Below, in pieces: positions 62,432 through 64,000 of a stretch of DNA of 64,000 nt. The position numbers and the translations under genes are program-made. The DNA comes from Octopus bimaculoides (taxonomy: Eukaryota), in the NCBI RefSeq assembly GCF_001194135.2, contig NC_068991.1, positions 22,897,118-22,961,117 of the forward strand, written 5' to 3'. Within the stretch, counting starts at the first letter, position 1. Each line of letters opens with the position of its first letter. The notes under the pieces are model-generated. The model did no database searches and was not told where the DNA came from. It saw only the letters and a list, made by a program, of their open reading frames with translations.

Positions 62432-62791
62432 ATCATCATCATCATCGTTTAACGTCCGCTTTCCATGCTAGCATGGGTTGGACGATTTGACTGAGGACTG
62501 GTGAAACCGGATGGCAACACCAGGCTCCAGTCTGATTTGGCAGAGTTTCTACAGCTGGATGCCCTTCCTAACGCCAACCACTCAGAGAGTGTAGTGGGTG
62601 CTTTTACGTGTCACCCGCACGAAAACGGCCACGATCTCGCTCGAAAATCCTACAGGAGCCAGTCAGGCGGTACTGGCAACGGCCACGCTCAAAATGGTGC
62701 ATCTCATGTGCCACCCGCACAAGAACCAGTCCAGGGGCACTGGCAACGATCTTACTTGGCTTGCCGGGTCTTCTCACGCACAGCACATTTC
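62432..62791 (-). mobile_element. Young RTE LINE 3' end (ORF end + 3' UTR + (GAT)n tail), truncated by an assembly gap
   Basis: ORF 62752..63645 ends KCAVREKTRQAK*, the same terminus as the 11374-12705 copy. About two repeat units; tail GGACGTTAAACGATGATGATGAT; CpGs intact. Confidence 0.85.
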
Positions 62792-63489
62792 NNNNNNNNN
62801 NNNNNNNNNNNNNNNNNNNNNNNNNNNNNNNNNNNNNNNNNNNNNNNNNNNNNNNNNNNNNNNNNNNNNNNNNNNNNNNNNNNNNNNNNNNNNNNNNNNN
62901 NNNNNNNNNNNNNNNNNNNNNNNNNNNNNNNNNNNNNNNNNNNNNNNNNNNNNNNNNNNNNNNNNNNNNNNNNNNNNNNNNNNNNNNNNNNNNNNNNNNN
63001 NNNNNNNNNNNNNNNNNNNNNNNNNNNNNNNNNNNNNNNNNNNNNNNNNNNNNNNNNNNNNNNNNNNNNNNNNNNNNNNNNNNNNNNNNNNNNNNNNNNN
63101 NNNNNNNNNNNNNNNNNNNNNNNNNNNNNNNNNNNNNNNNNNNNNNNNNNNNNNNNNNNNNNNNNNNNNNNNNNNNNNNNNNNNNNNNNNNNNNNNNNNN
63201 NNNNNNNNNNNNNNNNNNNNNNNNNNNNNNNNNNNNNNNNNNNNNNNNNNNNNNNNNNNNNNNNNNNNNNNNNNNNNNNNNNNNNNNNNNNNNNNNNNNN
63301 NNNNNNNNNNNNNNNNNNNNNNNNNNNNNNNNNNNNNNNNNNNNNNNNNNNNNNNNNNNNNNNNNNNNNNNNNNNNNNNNNNNNNNNNNNNNNNNNNNNN
63401 NNNNNNNNNNNNNNNNNNNNNNNNNNNNNNNNNNNNNNNNNNNNNNNNNNNNNNNNNNNNNNNNNNNNNNNNNNNNNNNNNNNNNNNNT

Positions 63490-63853
63490 ATATATATATA
63501 TATATATACATACACACATACATATATAGACACACATATATATACATACACATATATACACATATATATACATACATATATACACATACACACACATATA
63601 TACACATACAGATACACATACATATATATATATATACACACACATCTATACATACATACATATATACATATATATACATATATACATACGTATACATACA
63701 TATATATACATACATATACATACATATATACATACATATACATACATAAACATATATATACATACACATATATATACATACATACACATATATATACATA
63801 CATACACATATATACACACACACACATATATATACACACACACACATATATAT

Positions 63854-63890
<37 letters not shown>
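63490..63890. repeat. (TA/CA) compound microsatellite
   Basis: ATAC/ATAT/ACAC repeats flanking the gap. Confidence 0.95.
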
Positions 63891-64000
63891 GTGGTTGTCT
63901 ACTCCCTACACAGAGTTTTACCACCTCCTGCACCTACACCTTAGCCCTTTCATGGCGTCTGATGTGGCTTTTTAAACCAGACAGTGTTTTGAAAAAACAC

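Overview
AT-rich, microsatellite- and retroelement-saturated animal genomic DNA from a gapped short-read assembly (N-gaps at 655-900, ~12326-12335, ~16569-16606, ~37850-37859, ~47905-48157, ~50735-51382, ~55997-56090, ~62792-63489). The repeat landscape suggests a coleoid cephalopod, probably Octopus; this is an inference. One protein-coding gene is well supported: aftiphilin (AFTPH) on the minus strand, with four coding exons joined in frame by canonical GT-AG sites (24685-22658, 13295-13129, 2728-2593, 1656-1480). Its 3' exons lie beyond the left edge of the window and its non-coding first exon lies upstream (candidate ~47.2-47.4 kb). The rest is intronic or intergenic: several SINE families, RTE/CR1/L1-Tx1 LINE relics, mariner/Tc1 relics and several MITE or foldback elements. 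The most unusual observations are: (i) a foldback element whose arms each carry a minimal hammerhead-ribozyme-like motif (87-365); (ii) a 213-bp GC-rich MITE with a perfect 9-bp TSD and telomeric TTAGGG repeats at the inner ends of its TIRs (45539-45751); (iii) two different RTE LINE relics that each end in three tandem C2H2-type zinc fingers; (iv) a 66-bp hairpin minisatellite of variable copy number in an RTE 3' UTR; (v) a perfect 64-bp palindrome. No CRISPR array, rRNA or bona fide tRNA gene was found. Most entries in the ORF track are microsatellite or gap artefacts. Repeat coordinates are approximate unless a TSD or TIR is given.
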